NCBI GenBank assembly: GCA_964016885.1
Contig: OZ024742.1
Span: forward strand, 147,684,001 to 147,748,000
Direction of reading: 5' to 3'
DNA length: 64,000 nucleotides
From: Eledone cirrhosa
Taxonomy: Eukaryota
Shown: piece by piece, positions 11,544-24,150 of the stretch
Layout of the letters: every line of letters begins with the position of its first letter
Numbering within the stretch: the stretch's first letter is position 1
Notes under the pieces: generated by a model
Seen by the model: only the letters and a program-made list of their open reading frames with translations
The model's database searches: none
Told to the model about the DNA's origin: nothing
Program-made: the position numbers and the translations under genes

Positions 11544-14500
11544 CTACAAAACTTCCTTATAGACTATATTTTGGGTTTTCTCGCGAGCTGCAAAAGCAAA
11601 TAGATTATGTCGGCTCCCCACTCGAGAGCAGCCAACGTATAGTTGACCATGGTAGAAGCACTGTTCTTCTAAATTAAGCCCTACGACCCTGTGATTTGTT
11701 AATCGACATGGCGAAACTGAGTCGGAGAGGGAATTGCAGCCTTCTGAATGTGAAAGGAATGTCTTTACCGGATGGAATGAGAGGTATCCTTGGTATGAAG
11801 ACAGTATCCCCCTTACCACATCCTGTAAGTATTGTTGCCTCAATAACATGAGGGATCGCCTTTTAGATCTCCAGACGCGTGTCGTTGGAAAGCCTTCGGG
11901 GTTCCAAATTTCTGAGGAGCATGAGAGGGCACCTTTCTTAAGTCGCAGTAAGTGTGGTGGCAATCCGGGAGGGTCTAGGGAGTTAAGAAATTCTGTGGGG
12001 TAATTAACAACTTCGTCCGGATCAGCCATAGAGTCAAGGGACTTGTAGGCGTGCAGGTTTCCAGGCAAGCACAGCATGAGCTGTTCATTGATGCTTCTAA
12101 CTATGTGGTTTTTCGAAGCCAATATTGCGCGTTCAAACAACCACTCTTGATTTGTGTAGTTCTCCTCAAGATTAAGAAAAACAGACGTCCGTAACTCAGC
12201 AATTGACTTAACGCATCTGCAAATTCCTGTGAGGTCCGCTGTACCATCTCCGTCGAGTGGGACTATGCCATCTCCCAACAACAAAATGGCAGCAGCAAAC
12301 CCGCTGATGTCTCATCGCCTTGCAGTTGTGCTCTCATGTTTGTTGTAAGCGTCAGCTTTCTTACATAACGCCAAAGTGGGGAGGCCTTAAGGTATGCACC
12401 AACCTCATCAGCCCGGTTACCTTTTGGGATTACAGGCAGAGTCTGTTGGAAGTCCCCAGATAACAGGAAAGTGACACCTCCCATTGGTTCTTGACAGTCC
12501 CTGCTGATGTGTCTGAGTGACCGGTATAATGCCTCGAAAGCCGCCCTGTGGGCCATTGTGCATTCGTCCCAAACAATTAGGAGGCGGCGCTTTTCCGGAA
12601 GACTTGCTGATTTTGCACGTGGGTGTGTCTCAGATGATGCCACGTTGAGAGGAAGACTGAAGGCAGAATGGGTCGTTCTGCCATCAAGCAGCAAAGTTGC
12701 TGCAATGCCGGAAGAAGCCACGGCCAGTGCGATGTTTCCGTGTTGCCTCACTGCAGCGAGTAAAAGTTCGATTACAAATGTTTTGCCCATGACTCCAGAA
12801 AGAATATACCCCCTCCCCGATTACGGATGGAATGAACGACAATGTTGTAGGCTTGTTTTTGAACCATTAGAAGTTTTGGTTCATTCTCTTCAACATACCT
12901 TTTGAGTTCGTCGACATCATATGACGTTTCATGTATAATGTCGTTGGGAAGGTCAGATGGCGCATCTCGAAGTGTTTGCGGAAGCCCATATTTCTCCAAG
13001 ACATCTCCGCCCATTGAAGCCACTCTGTCTTCAATATCGATCAGAGCTCTGTTATATATAGCGTCTGAAAAGCCGACATCTAAGTTTTGAGATTGCAATT
13101 GAGCGAGACGCCTATATTCGTCTGCAAAATCATCTTTAAACTTTTGCCATAAAGAGTAAGGATCGCTCAATTCATAGACGTGCAAGAGGATAGCAAAAAG
13201 TGCCCTTAGACTACGGGATGACAGCTTCCGTCAAGGTTGCATCCCATTGTGCGTCATCTTCTAAAAGTCCACGCCTCAAGCAGGCTTCCCTGTACGTTCC
13301 GCAGGCGTATCCATCGACGGTTCTCAGATGAGTGAAGCTAGTCGGCCCTCTTACCTCATGAAGCAGAAGTCGCAGGTAGAAGCATTCGTGTTGGGTGGAC
13401 CGTATAAACTCGCCCAAGGCAATTGTCGAATTTGATGCCTGGATGTCCAACCACCTCTTGTCGTACCTTCCTTCGTAGCCATTTTTTCCGGTCCCATGTA
13501 TAGTAAGACGGTATTTCAGAATACAGCAGAGTTCGAGCGAAGTCGTCGTGTTGACAAAGTTTGAAAAAAGCGGTGAGTGTAGTTTCCTTTGGTGAGATCG
13601 CTAGCTGAGCAGCTGTTGCATCGTTGAAATACACTCGTTGACTGTTTTCAAGGTGAACGGCAAGTTGTTTAATGACGGGGTGTCGTTGGTACAGTGGGAA
13701 GCTAAGAACGCGCCAAAAGGCTTCATTGTTACTAATGTATCGGCCTGCTTGGTAGTCAGATACCTCGTCTCTACTGTTTTCATGACGAAGACCAAAGACG
13801 GCAGCATCCGATCCCTTGTTTACGTACTTACAAACGTATTTAATTGATTTTACTGAGTTGCAAAATTCGACGTTTATATGGGCGTTGAACGATTTCAAAA
13901 GGAGGGGGCAATATGGCACTATCCAGCTGTTGTCGATTTCGCGTTCACCAACTTTTGCTGTGAACCCACCGTCTTCAGGTCTCCTGCGCCTATACAACGG
14001 ATATCCGTCACCGCCAGTCTGTGTTTCCTGTAAAAACGGCCTGGGATATCGTTTTGTACACTTTCCGTCGTGTATGCACGGGGACTTCATATTGAGTCCA
14101 TGTCCGTAAGGGCCATGGATCATGTTTGATGTGACTATAGAGAAGAGGTCCTTGTCAATCGACAGATCAGGTAGTTCGGCAGAAATGAATTTGTCGATGT
14201 AGTTTGAACTGATTTTTGTAACCAACCAAATCAAGATATGGGCATGCGGCAGCCCTCGTTCCTGCCATTCAACCGTGTACATGCCGCACCTGACAGGCCC
14301 CAAAACCTGTCCTTTCTTTAATAAATCCATTAATTTGGATAATTTCAGGCGAAACACTCTTGCTATGAGATCGTGCCTGTGTCTTGGCGCTTGACCGTGG
14401 AACAGTTCGTTTGTAATCTCTTTCCACTTGGGATTGCATGTAAATGTTATGAAAAGGTCAAGGCGCCCATAATGTCGTACGTAGGTCATGGCGTCCTGAG

Positions 14501-15931
14501 TCCTCTCGTGCATGTATTGGGGTCCCCCTGTGAACGTTGAAGGCAAAATACACACTTGCCCTAAATTGTCTGGGGATACGCGTAGATGAATGTAGCATTC
14601 AGATCAAAGTTTCTTTTGATTTAATTTAATGAACCATAATCTCTCGGGCTCCATTTTAACGGCCATATCAACAGCAAATTGTTGGAAAAGGTCCCGAGAA
14701 CGGTGTAGATGGCTTACCATAAATCGGAAAGCGTAGAAATCCATGCAGGTGACAGTTTTCCTAAGATGTGCCTCACCATTGCCTGCCGAATGTTGAGGAA
14801 TGCCGAAATGGTATCCATCCTCGCCGTGACAAATAGCAATGAATACTGGAGTGCATCGTAGGACCTGTGTGTCTCATTGATACGCTGTAATGTGCTGTCT
14901 CTGTGCTTTAGAATGATATCTCTCTTGTTGTGCTGTTCACCACAAATAACCGCAGCAATCTCATTACATGTTGGTGCGTTGAACCGACCAGCGTGTTCTC
15001 CAGATGGCCTTCGGTCAGCATGTATAACCACACTAAAGTTTTGTTCGGTGGCTGTTTCCAAAGCGTACTTGAAACTGCGAACATAGCTGTTTTGTCGTGA
15101 AGCATTTCTTGAAGTTTTATTATGGTTCCGATGTTAGTTTCGGACGAAACAGAGTTTCGCATCTCTGCCTGTTCCTGATAGTTTCCAACGAAGTATAACT
15201 GAAGAAATTGAGGATCCTTTTCTGCCAGAGGCTGAATAGAACCAATCAAGTGGTAGATCTGCCACTGGACCTTGAAAGTTGGGATGAACCCACGTTCCGA
15301 GGCAAGCTTTGCTACGAAGCATGTCATCTGAAACGCGGAATTGTAGCGGCGGATATTACGCAGAAACTTCGATGATTCCTCCGTCGTGTCTGTCAAAAGG
15401 AGTTGCAATGTTTCTGGAGGGTCGTGGATAGGAGGTAGTCTAACTTTACCGTTTGAACAGCACATTCCATCTGTCTCCCCTGGCCACTTTTTTCGTACGA
15501 CAAAACTGGCAAGTAGAGGTCATTTCCTCAATTTGACTATCTGCATGGACGGCGTAGTCGGAGGAGGAGTCAGAGTTAAAGGCCTTCAACAACCATCGTG
15601 AATTGCAAGTCCTAGAAATACCATGTAACGATGATCGCCGCTGTTCACTTTGCAGAAGTCGGTCACGTCGTTGCTCTATGGTTTCAGTATTTCGTGCAGC
15701 AGCAGTGGAGTCCCTGCTTCGTCAAACGGCGCGTCGTCTTTCATCCTCTCGTGCGCGAGCAGCAGTACTTTTGTTCCGTCGACTGTCATCTCCTCCGCTC
15801 TTGCAGCTGCCGTCTGCACAACATTCTGAGAGAGCCTGATCGCAGTTGCATTTACATCTTCGGTGAGACGCCTTCGCTTAGAACTACTTGCATCATTAGA
15901 TAATCGACCACAGTTCTTTTCGTGGGGGCAT
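11544..15931 (-). pseudogene. Helitron RepHel (HUH Rep plus Pif1-like helicase), frameshifted
   Basis: CCSNGKV zinc motif. Rep motifs LFITFTCNPKW, VEWQERGLPHAHIL and KYVCKYVNKG. Helicase motifs GKT (Walker A damaged), IVWDEC, GDFQQTLPV, LTTNMR and HGQLYVGCSRV. Many frameshifts. The start MPPRK at 15931 is inferred. Confidence 0.93.
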
Positions 15932-16223
15932 TGTTTTTAGAAAATTAACCAGGGAGAACGATAAATAGTAGACAAATAACGTTTAAGTAAGCAAAAAAAA
16001 ACACGGATATAAATTGTGAAAAAATGTGATAAGTCTATATCTTCTGAGAAAGTGGGTATGTTTTGCAAGATTTTGTGTACCAGTCAAATTTCAGGTTTTA
16101 AGTTAGGGGCAACGCAAAGTAAGTACTAATCATTGAAAGGATACAGAAAAAAATGGCCGAAAAATCACAGCATGATAAACTGGAACTTTATGACCATAAA
16201 CACATTAACTAAACCTCCTTTAA

Positions 16224-16660
16224 CCCTTTAGTGTTAAAACCGGCCGAAATTATTTCCCCTTCATTTGTTCAAACCGCCTTAACACCCACACTTAAATATC
16301 GTTCTAAAAGTAAACAATACCGTCATCAAAATCTCGTCAATTCGAGATTAGGCCCTTACCACGAAAATTAACACTTAATATAGTGAAACAACTTAAAACA
16401 ATAAGTGTTTTTTTAACGTTGAAAGTAGAACAGATTTTTTGTTTGTATCAACATGGCTTATGAAAGTAGCGATACCGACTTTCAAGTTTTTACACAAGAC
16501 GACATTCAAAATGAACAAGAAATAAAAGATAATGTTAGTGATTTATCTTCAAATGAATCAGATGTTTACATTTCTGAAATTTCATCCGACGATGATTGTT
16601 GTTTTGAAAGTGAAACGAAGATCGAACGTAAACTTCAAAAGTTAGTGTTAATGTGAACTT
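16224..16660 (+). mobile_element. piggyBac-like 5' end with an acidic transposase N-terminus, inside Helitron B
   Basis: TTAA|CCCTTTAG terminus at 16220-16231. ORF 16453-16656 is D/E/S-rich like piggyBac N-termini. No right TIR seen. Confidence 0.55.
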
Positions 16661-17006
16661 CAATAGATAAGTCGAAGGGAGAGGCTACATGCTCCTGGGG
16701 GCCCCCACAATCGATGTACGGGAAAATAAAATAGCTTACGACGCGTAATAGGACTTCAGAAATATATGTATGAAATTTGGTGCAAATCGGTTGTAAAATG
16801 TAGAAATGCATGCGGTTACACAAACAGACATCTGTTTTATATATATATAGATTATTATATTTGAGGCTTGTGTTATGTTTGTTCTAGATATAAATAACAC
16901 AGTATCACACATGTAGGTTTTTATACTATAATATATATCATATTTTAACATTATCAGTGACTGGGAAATATATTCATTTTAGAATGCCTCTCAACCCACC
17001 AACTTT

Positions 17007-17150
17007 CTACATCACATGTTCACTAGATAACTACCATCAACCACTGACTACATCGCATGTTCAATAGATAACTACCATCAACAACATTGCATGTTCAATA
17101 ACAACCATAAACCACTAAATATATTGCGTGTTCATTATATAACCATCATT
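17007..17150. repeat. 41-bp minisatellite (short version)
   Basis: ctacatcacatgttcactagataactaccatcaaccactga, two good copies plus degenerate ones; also at 27226-27373. Confidence 0.8.
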
Positions 17151-18427
17151 TAATGTAAAAAGATATCCTATTGTTTATCTCTCACTCACTACATGATAAC
17201 CTCTAATATCTAGTATTTAGTTTCAAATATTGTCAACAAATTATATAGCTTACAAGTAAACAGTTAGTAAATATTTCAGTTTAAAGAAATGTTTAACTTT
17301 TATCATATATTGAACTGTGAATTATATAGTTTATAGTTGTGTCAGGTTAAATATAATGACAGAATAATTTAAGAATAAATAATTTTTATTTAGATTTAGC
17401 ATGATGAAGAATATTCACACATGTATGTAGTCAAAACTCACGATTCTGGGATTGACAGTTAAGATGACAAAAGATTGAGAAAATTCAGTGATAATTTGTA
17501 TGACAGACATAACAAACCCACACAAGCCTGCTGAATGGACATTAAAACATTAATATACATATAAAAATGAGAAAGCTCATCGCTAGAACAGCTGTTAAGA
17601 CATCTAAATTCTGTCAAAGACGGCGATGGACAAAAAATGCCTCAGGACAGAGACCAGTGGCCAACAATCCACAAGGTGGGTCACAGGCAGATGAAATATA
17701 GAAAAGATTGGAAGAGGACAAAGAGAAGTGTGTTGGTGCATAGAAGTGACTGGCAGAAGGAAATAAAGACAATGTACAAGACAAGTTTACGCACACACAT
17801 CTACCTTCACCCTTATCAACTGTCAAACCAGCAAAACGTTTTTCACAATTTCTAATATAACTGAACAGTGCCATTGTCCTTTATTTATGACAGTGATTTC
17901 TCAGATATAATTATATAAAATAGTCTTGGAAGGTATATATTCTTTCTTCTGTAAATGGTTATATAAGTTTTATTGTTTATTTTCTCAAATGGCTTCTGTA
18001 ACAGTTGATCTTTCTTTGTTACAAACCAGTGGACTTCTTGCCCTAGAAAAATCTGGTAACAATAATGTTAATCCTTCAGCAGAAAAAAAGCACTGCTCAT
18101 TTCAAGAAAATATCATTGCACCACTCCCTTCTATATTCACTATTGATCACATTTGCCTTGAAACAAGATGACCTCTTTGGTGTTGGTGCCATTATAAAAT
18201 GCATTTGGTACACGCTGTAGTGTCTGGCATTCAAATAACATAGGGTAGAGATAACTCTTCAGTTATATCAAAGATATGACACCTTAGTGCTGGTACCAGT
18301 GTACTATATAAAGTGGTTGATATTAGGAAGACATCTGGCTGTAGAAACCAGTTTCTGACTCTAATAGGAAGACAGTAGCTCTGTGTATATAATGACCTGA
18401 TCTGTTACAAAACTTCATTACCAACAT

Positions 18428-18690
18428 CATTGTTTAACGTCCATCTTCCACGCTAGCATGGGCTGGACGGTTTTATCCCACTTGAAGTGAGATTGGTCGG
18501 GAGGCCGTGTCTTACTTGTACAGAACTGTTTCTGGCAGGTTCTCTACGGCTGGATGCCCTTCCTAATACCACCCACATTTACAGTGTGGACCGGGAGCCT
18601 TTTTACCATGTTTCCTACACGACCACTTTACAGTGTGGACTTGGTGCTTTTTGTCATGTCACCTACATGACCACTTTACAGTGGACGGAA
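18428..18690 (-). mobile_element. RTE-tail SINE-like repeat downstream of ZNF-1; copies at ~30298-30510 and ~40835-41048
   Basis: tttaacgtccatcttccacgctagcatggg...ggatgcccttcctaatacc is the reverse orientation of the element type at 8240. Confidence 0.55.
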
Positions 18691-18880
18691 ATGGGCGGGT
18701 AGGGGTAGGGTGTCTGGGGTGTATTTTGGCTTAAGAGGTGCCTACTTCCAATCTATGCCAAAATAAAAAAACAAATGTAAATTGATAATGAAGGTCATAG
18801 TAATGTGGTTAGTCTCCAGTACACACGTATTTAGTGAAGTTAATTTTTTCATAAAATAATTTACCACAGATTTACTAGTA

Positions 18881-20500
18881 TCATTTCTTTCTGTTATGAA
18901 TGCATTTGTGAGAAGATAAATTACATTTCACAGAAAATAATTTATCACACCTATTACAGTGATATGGCTTCTCTCCTGTATGAACACGTTTGTGAGATTT
19001 CAAGTGATCATTTCGTGTGAATGATTTACCACAGATATCACAGTGATATGGTTTCTCTCCTGTATGAATACGTTTGTGGGTATTTAAGTGACTTCTGTAA
19101 GTAAATGATTTACCACAGATTTCACAATGATATGGTTTTTCTCCTGTATGAATACGTTTGTGAGTATTTAATTGATCCTTTCGAGAAAATGATTTACCAC
19201 AGATATCACAATGATATAGTTTCTTTCCTGTATGTGTGCGATTGTGAGAAGTTAATTCACTATTTCTAGAGAATGACTTACTACAGATTTCACAATGATA
19301 TGGCTTTTCTCCTGTATGTATACGTTTGTGTTTAGTTAAAGAATTTCCATGAGAGAATGCTTTATCACAGATATCACAGTGATATGGTTTCTCTCCTGTA
19401 TGAATACGCTTGTGAATAGTTACGTTACCTTTTTGAGAGAATGATTTACCACAGATATCACAGTGATATGGCTTCACTCCTGTATGAATGAGTTTGTGTT
19501 TAATTAAGGCACTTGTATGATTGAATGATTTACCACAGATATCACAGTCATATGGTCTCTCTCCCGTATGTGTGCGTTTGTGGTTGGCTAAATAATCTTT
19601 TCGAGAAAATGACTTACTGCAGATATTACACTGATATGGCTTCTCTCCTGTATGAATACGTTTGTGGAGGGTTAAAACATATCCTTCAGAAAATGATTTA
19701 CCACAGATATCACAATGAAATGGTTTCTCTCCTGTATGGATACGTTTGTGGCTAGTTAAGGCAGTTCCTGTAGCGAATGAGTTACCACAGATATCACAAT
19801 GATATGGCCGCTCTCCTGTATGAATCCGTTTGTGAGTAGTTAGGTTACTTTTTTGAAAGAATGATTTGCTGCAGAAATCACAGTGATAGGGCTTCTCTCC
19901 TGTATGAATTCGTTTATGTTTAGTTAAGTCACTTCTTTGTGAGAATGATTTAACACAGATATTGCAGTGATATGGTTTTTCTCCAGTATGTATACGTTTG
20001 TGGATTGTTAAGGCATTTCTTACAGAGAATGTCTTGCCACATATATCACAGTGATATGGTCTTTCTCCTGTATGAATACGTGTATGGCTTGTTAAGTCAT
20101 TTCTTTGTGAGAATGATTTACCACAGATACCACAGTGATATGGCTTTTCTCCAGTGTGAGTACGTTTATGGCTAGTTAGGACATTTCCATCAGAGAATGA
20201 TTTACCACAGATATCACAGTGATATGGTTTCTCTCCCGTATGAATACGTTTGTGCCCAGTTAAAGTATTTCCGTGAGAGAATGATTTACCACAGATATCA
20301 CAGTGATATGGTTTTTCGCCTGTATGAATGCGTTTATGAGTAGTTACATTACCTTTCTGAGAGAATGATTTACCACAGATATCACAGTGATATGGTTTTG
20401 CATTTGTATGAGTTTGTTTATGCTTAGTCAAGTCATTGCTTCGAGAGAATGATTTTTTACACATATTACAGTGGTATGATTTTCCCGTATTTTTCGGCAT
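18881..20500 (-). CDS. C2H2 zinc-finger array protein ZNF-1, 19 fingers, no effector domain
   Basis: 539-aa ORF: 9-aa leader followed by 19 CxxC..HxxxH repeats with TGEKPY linkers. Acceptor TTTCAG| at 20904/20903 upstream. Confidence 0.95.
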   Translation of the reverse strand: MPKNTGKSYHCNMCKKSFSRSNDLTKHKQTHTNAKPYHCDICGKSFSQKGNVTTHKRIHTGEKPYHCDICGKSFSHGNTLTGHKRIHTGEKPYHCDICGKSFSDGNVLTSHKRTHTGEKPYHCGICGKSFSQRNDLTSHTRIHTGERPYHCDICGKTFSVRNALTIHKRIHTGEKPYHCNICVKSFSQRSDLTKHKRIHTGEKPYHCDFCSKSFFQKSNLTTHKRIHTGERPYHCDICGNSFATGTALTSHKRIHTGEKPFHCDICGKSFSEGYVLTLHKRIHTGEKPYQCNICSKSFSRKDYLANHKRTHTGERPYDCDICGKSFNHTSALIKHKLIHTGVKPYHCDICGKSFSQKGNVTIHKRIHTGEKPYHCDICDKAFSHGNSLTKHKRIHTGEKPYHCEICSKSFSRNSELTSHNRTHTGKKLYHCDICGKSFSRKDQLNTHKRIHTGEKPYHCEICGKSFTYRSHLNTHKRIHTGEKPYHCDICGKSFTRNDHLKSHKRVHTGEKPYHCNRCDKLFSVKCNLSSHKCIHNRKK

Positions 20501-20903
20501 CTTCGTGGTAGTAAATTTAATCCTTTAAATCACTCAGATAAGTTATTTCCCTGCAACTCTTATGTCACCACAATATATACATAATTTTCTTTTTATATTT
20601 TATTTCAAACAAACATTTCTACAGCTACATTTCCATCAACTATAGTCTTTGTCAATATCTGAAGATCCTGTAAACTCCTTTGTAAGTATGCCTAAGTTTA
20701 ATGAGAATGAAAAATCATCCTGAACATATTCCAGTCAGTGAAATAGAGAAATGTTGCTATTAATCTCAGTTCAGAGGAAATAGTTCACAGTAATTCTACC
20801 ACAGATTTATAGAAACACAATTATATCTGTTGTATATAACTCCTTCCTTTCGTCTTTAAAAGATGATAAATATTGATGACACTGTTAAAGTAAAAACGTT
20901 ATT

Positions 20904-23900
20904 CTGAAATAATAAAGAAACAGTAAAAGATATAAGTGGATATTAAAAAGTAAAGATTCAACAATAGAAATTTTACTACTTTTTCATATTCATAAACTAT
21001 AAACTTTTACCTACACTAAGTTTATGAAGAACTTGGGCATATTACTGCACGAGTTACTGCAATTTTTAAACTTGATTCAGTCACCTGCCTTCCATCACCC
21101 ATGAACACGGACCCAAGATACTTGAACTTCTCCACCTGCTTCAGTGGAACTCCCCTCACAAGTAGAGTACACTGTGCAGCTTCTTTGAGAGGATGAGTGT
21201 CTGTCTTTGTAGCATTGATTTTCATCCCTATGGTGTAGCACTCAGCATGAAAGCTATCAAGTGCATGTTGATGGTCACCTTCTGATGAGCTAAGTAATAC
21301 CATGTCGTCTGAAAATTCCAGCTGACTGATGTTACTCATGTCAGTATTGATGCCACTTCCATCCTGGCTGTGTATATCAACTCAGTTCATGAAGATTATG
21401 AACAGAAGAGGCGACAGTATGTACCTTTGGCAGAGTCCAAATCTCACATTGAATAGTTTTGATTTAGCACCATTTATCCGAACACAAATACTTCAGCATT
21501 CATATAGACATCAGGGTAACATGAAGTTGTACATAGATCCCATACTCCTGCAGAACCTTCTACAGCAGGTTCTGTGGAATATGGTTGTATATCTTTTGAA
21601 CATCTACAAAGCAAGAATACACCTCTTAGCAATACTCTCACGATTTCTCAAAGACCTGCTGCAGTGCGAATATTTGGTTGGCTGCTTTGCATCAGGGGCG
21701 AAAGCTACACTGTTTGTTCATCAGCTAGCTTTGATTCAACAATCCTTCTACATCTCTTTGCCAGACATTTAGCATAGACTATACAAGATCCCTCTCTAAT
21801 TGGAGCAATCTCTCGTTTCACTATTTGAAAATGGGGCTTATTACCCTCAATTGCTATTGCTTAGGCGCCTTTTCAGATATCTAGGCCACTCAACACACGA
21901 GTCAGCCAGAGAACACTGTCTCTATTTAAAGCTTTTACCATATTGGGCCGGATTTCATCCTCCTCAGCAACCTTACCACATTTAAGGTCTTTAATTGCTC
22001 TTGTAACCTCAGCCTCTGCGAGATTAGTAATCAGTCCCAAATGTACCTCATAAGATACTGTTGCAACCAGGTTTAGATCAGCAGAGTATTCTCTTCACCT
22101 CGCGAAGATGCTCATCTCAGAACAGAGAATACCAGATGCATTCGTGATAGCAGGTGTGGAGGACTTCTTATTACAAAGTCGGTGGATGATCTACCAGAAC
22201 ACTTTATTTGCTAATCTGAAGTCGGATTCCTGCTTAAGCCCAAAGTCCTCACATGTCTTAACTTTGGACACCATGACTGTCTCTGCTGTGACTTTTTGCA
22301 CCTGCTTGTACTGCATGTGCAAGGAGGACTTATTTCCAAGCCAAGCATTGTAGGCCGCCTTCTTTGACCTTTTAACTGAACCATGGGGTCCTCCTGTCAC
22401 CCAGCGCCATACGAAGTTGCTTTCATCTGTAGCATTTAACAGCTGAAACAGAAACTGACAATTTAAACTGTCTCCACTCCACTTAGTTTGCTCAGAGTTC
22501 TCTGAATTTGGATGCAATAACATCGGCATAACTGGTCCCGACTTCCTTATCCACGAAAACTTCCCACTTTATCCTATAGGTCGACCTGGACATGCTCGTT
22601 TTGTGGGCTCTTTTGGATTTAGGTAGTCTCAAATTGCAGATAACTAGATGGTGATCAGTTGACAGTTCACCCCTCTCTTAATACGAACATCCAGCACAAA
22701 ATCGAAAATATATATAATGACGTTAATGCTTGCATTTACTGAATGTTTTCCATTTGTGTTTGCAGTGTGCAAAACGCCAATTTGCAAACGTTTTCATCAT
22801 ACTTTTCAATTTTTATGCTCTTGAACTTTCTCGCGTTAAACTATTATTATTTTTTTTAAAATAATTTTAAGAAAAGAAAATAAGAAACAAATTATAATAT
22901 TCAAAAGTGTCTATTATACATCATAATAATGTCGTATCCAATATTACCGAAGATGTTTTCTTGAATAGCACGGCGCCAATAGAAATAACTGGCGAATCTC
23001 GCGAGGGCGCTTGGCTATTCCAGTGCATTAGCCACGCCATCACCCGAGGCAACGCTGTGAGTGTTGGTATGATTCAAAAGTCATTAGAGAGGTCGCCCAG
23101 TACTCCTCTCTGCTGTCTTCTGCTCTGGTGTTGGCTGGGTTGTTCACCCCTTCCTTTACAGTTTAAAACGAGGATTTTTTTTGATTTTTCTACTATGTTT
23201 GGTCATTTGCCCTAAACCCTTTCCTTACTTTCGTTATTTAATTTCTTTCCCTCTTTCTCTTTTTTTTTGTTATTGCAAAAATTATATAACCGAATTGAAA
23301 TTTGTCGAATAAATAAATGTACTTAAAAAAAAATATGAATATGAAAACGAAACTACCGAAACAATATAATTCAATAAAACAACAATGTTATTTATTCAAT
23401 GTTAATAGTATTTTTCTTACTTAATTACATTAAAACAAAACAATAATTTAACGCGGGGAAGTTCAAGATAACCGCTTTTACACCTACCTCCCTTATTGTG
23501 CATATATAACCAGATAAAAGTATGTCTATACCTTTATTACTACGTATAATTTCCACCATAAAGTAAACATATTTATTTATTTCATCAATTTAAACGTCCT
23601 TATAGGGCTGGTAAGCATGATAGACGGGGAGAGTTATTTAATATCCTTTATGACAAGAGTCAGAAACAAAAAGGAGGCAAATGAAGCAAAAAAGAGTAAA
23701 ACATATTTCGAGATTTTAAAAATATTTTTTCTTCTGAATACAATTTCTTTAATAATGACAACAATGTAAGTTACGACCTAATTCATAATATATTCAGGAT
23801 TAAACTATTAAAAGAAATTTGTATAAAAAAAAAAAAACGATTATTATGCTAGCCTGTATATAATTACTGTATCCTCCAAGTGGAACAATTTTAGTATTTA

Positions 23901-23942
23901 CACACATTAATATAGACTTAAGGTAAATGTTTGTCAACTTAC
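20904..23942 (-). other. Inferred 5'UTR intron of ZNF-1; paralogous introns at 32965-35117, 43828-46800 and 56352-58840
   Basis: The GTAAGTT donor and CTGTTTCTTTATTATTTCAG acceptor are conserved in all four genes, including the divergent ZNF-4 whose intron interior does not align. Confidence 0.7.
21022..22700 (-). mobile_element. Decayed RTE-clade LINE (Rex3/Expander-like), endonuclease-RT fragment in the intron
   Basis: LEFSDDMVLL..DSFHAEC..GMKIN..QVEKFKYLGSVF RT C-terminus; STDHHLV endonuclease motif at ~22640-22665. Confidence 0.8.
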
Positions 23943-24150
23943 CGTGTTCACATTTAAACAGTAAATGAGTGAGTTGCGTGTTTACTTTATAAAACTACCA
24001 AAGAAATTATCTGGTTGTTATATTCAGCTTTTCAAATGTTAGATCAACTTTAGTTCTACAGCATCAATTTACGATGTAACTTCACATCTTTAGCCAGAGA
24101 TTCGTATCTTGTCAGAATATCATTAGCCACAATTTCGATATGAAATCCTT
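23943..24150 (-). other. Putative non-coding exon 1 of ZNF-1 (5' end uncertain)
   Basis: Donor ACG|GTAAGTT; block conserved with 58841-59010 upstream of ZNF-4. Confidence 0.65.

Larger units (their letters stand above)
9828..16851 (-). mobile_element. Decayed autonomous-type Helitron (B)
   Basis: 5' TC at 16851, 3' hairpin plus CTAG at 9828, RepHel on the same strand. Host flank ttat(t/g)atatttga resumes at 16852, as at 27071 and 38105. Confidence 0.9.

Noticed and set aside
18881-20500. Constant-repeat/variable-spacer periodicity resembling CRISPR or DGR cassettes
   Set aside because: Fully explained by C2H2 linker and scaffold codons alternating with variable recognition helices.
20560-20903. 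Hidden N-terminal effector domain or Sec/readthrough frame upstream of the fingers (frame ..FH*LEYVQDDFSFSL..)
   Set aside because: Multiple stops including TAA, no synonymous bias between paralogs, and no SECIS evidence.
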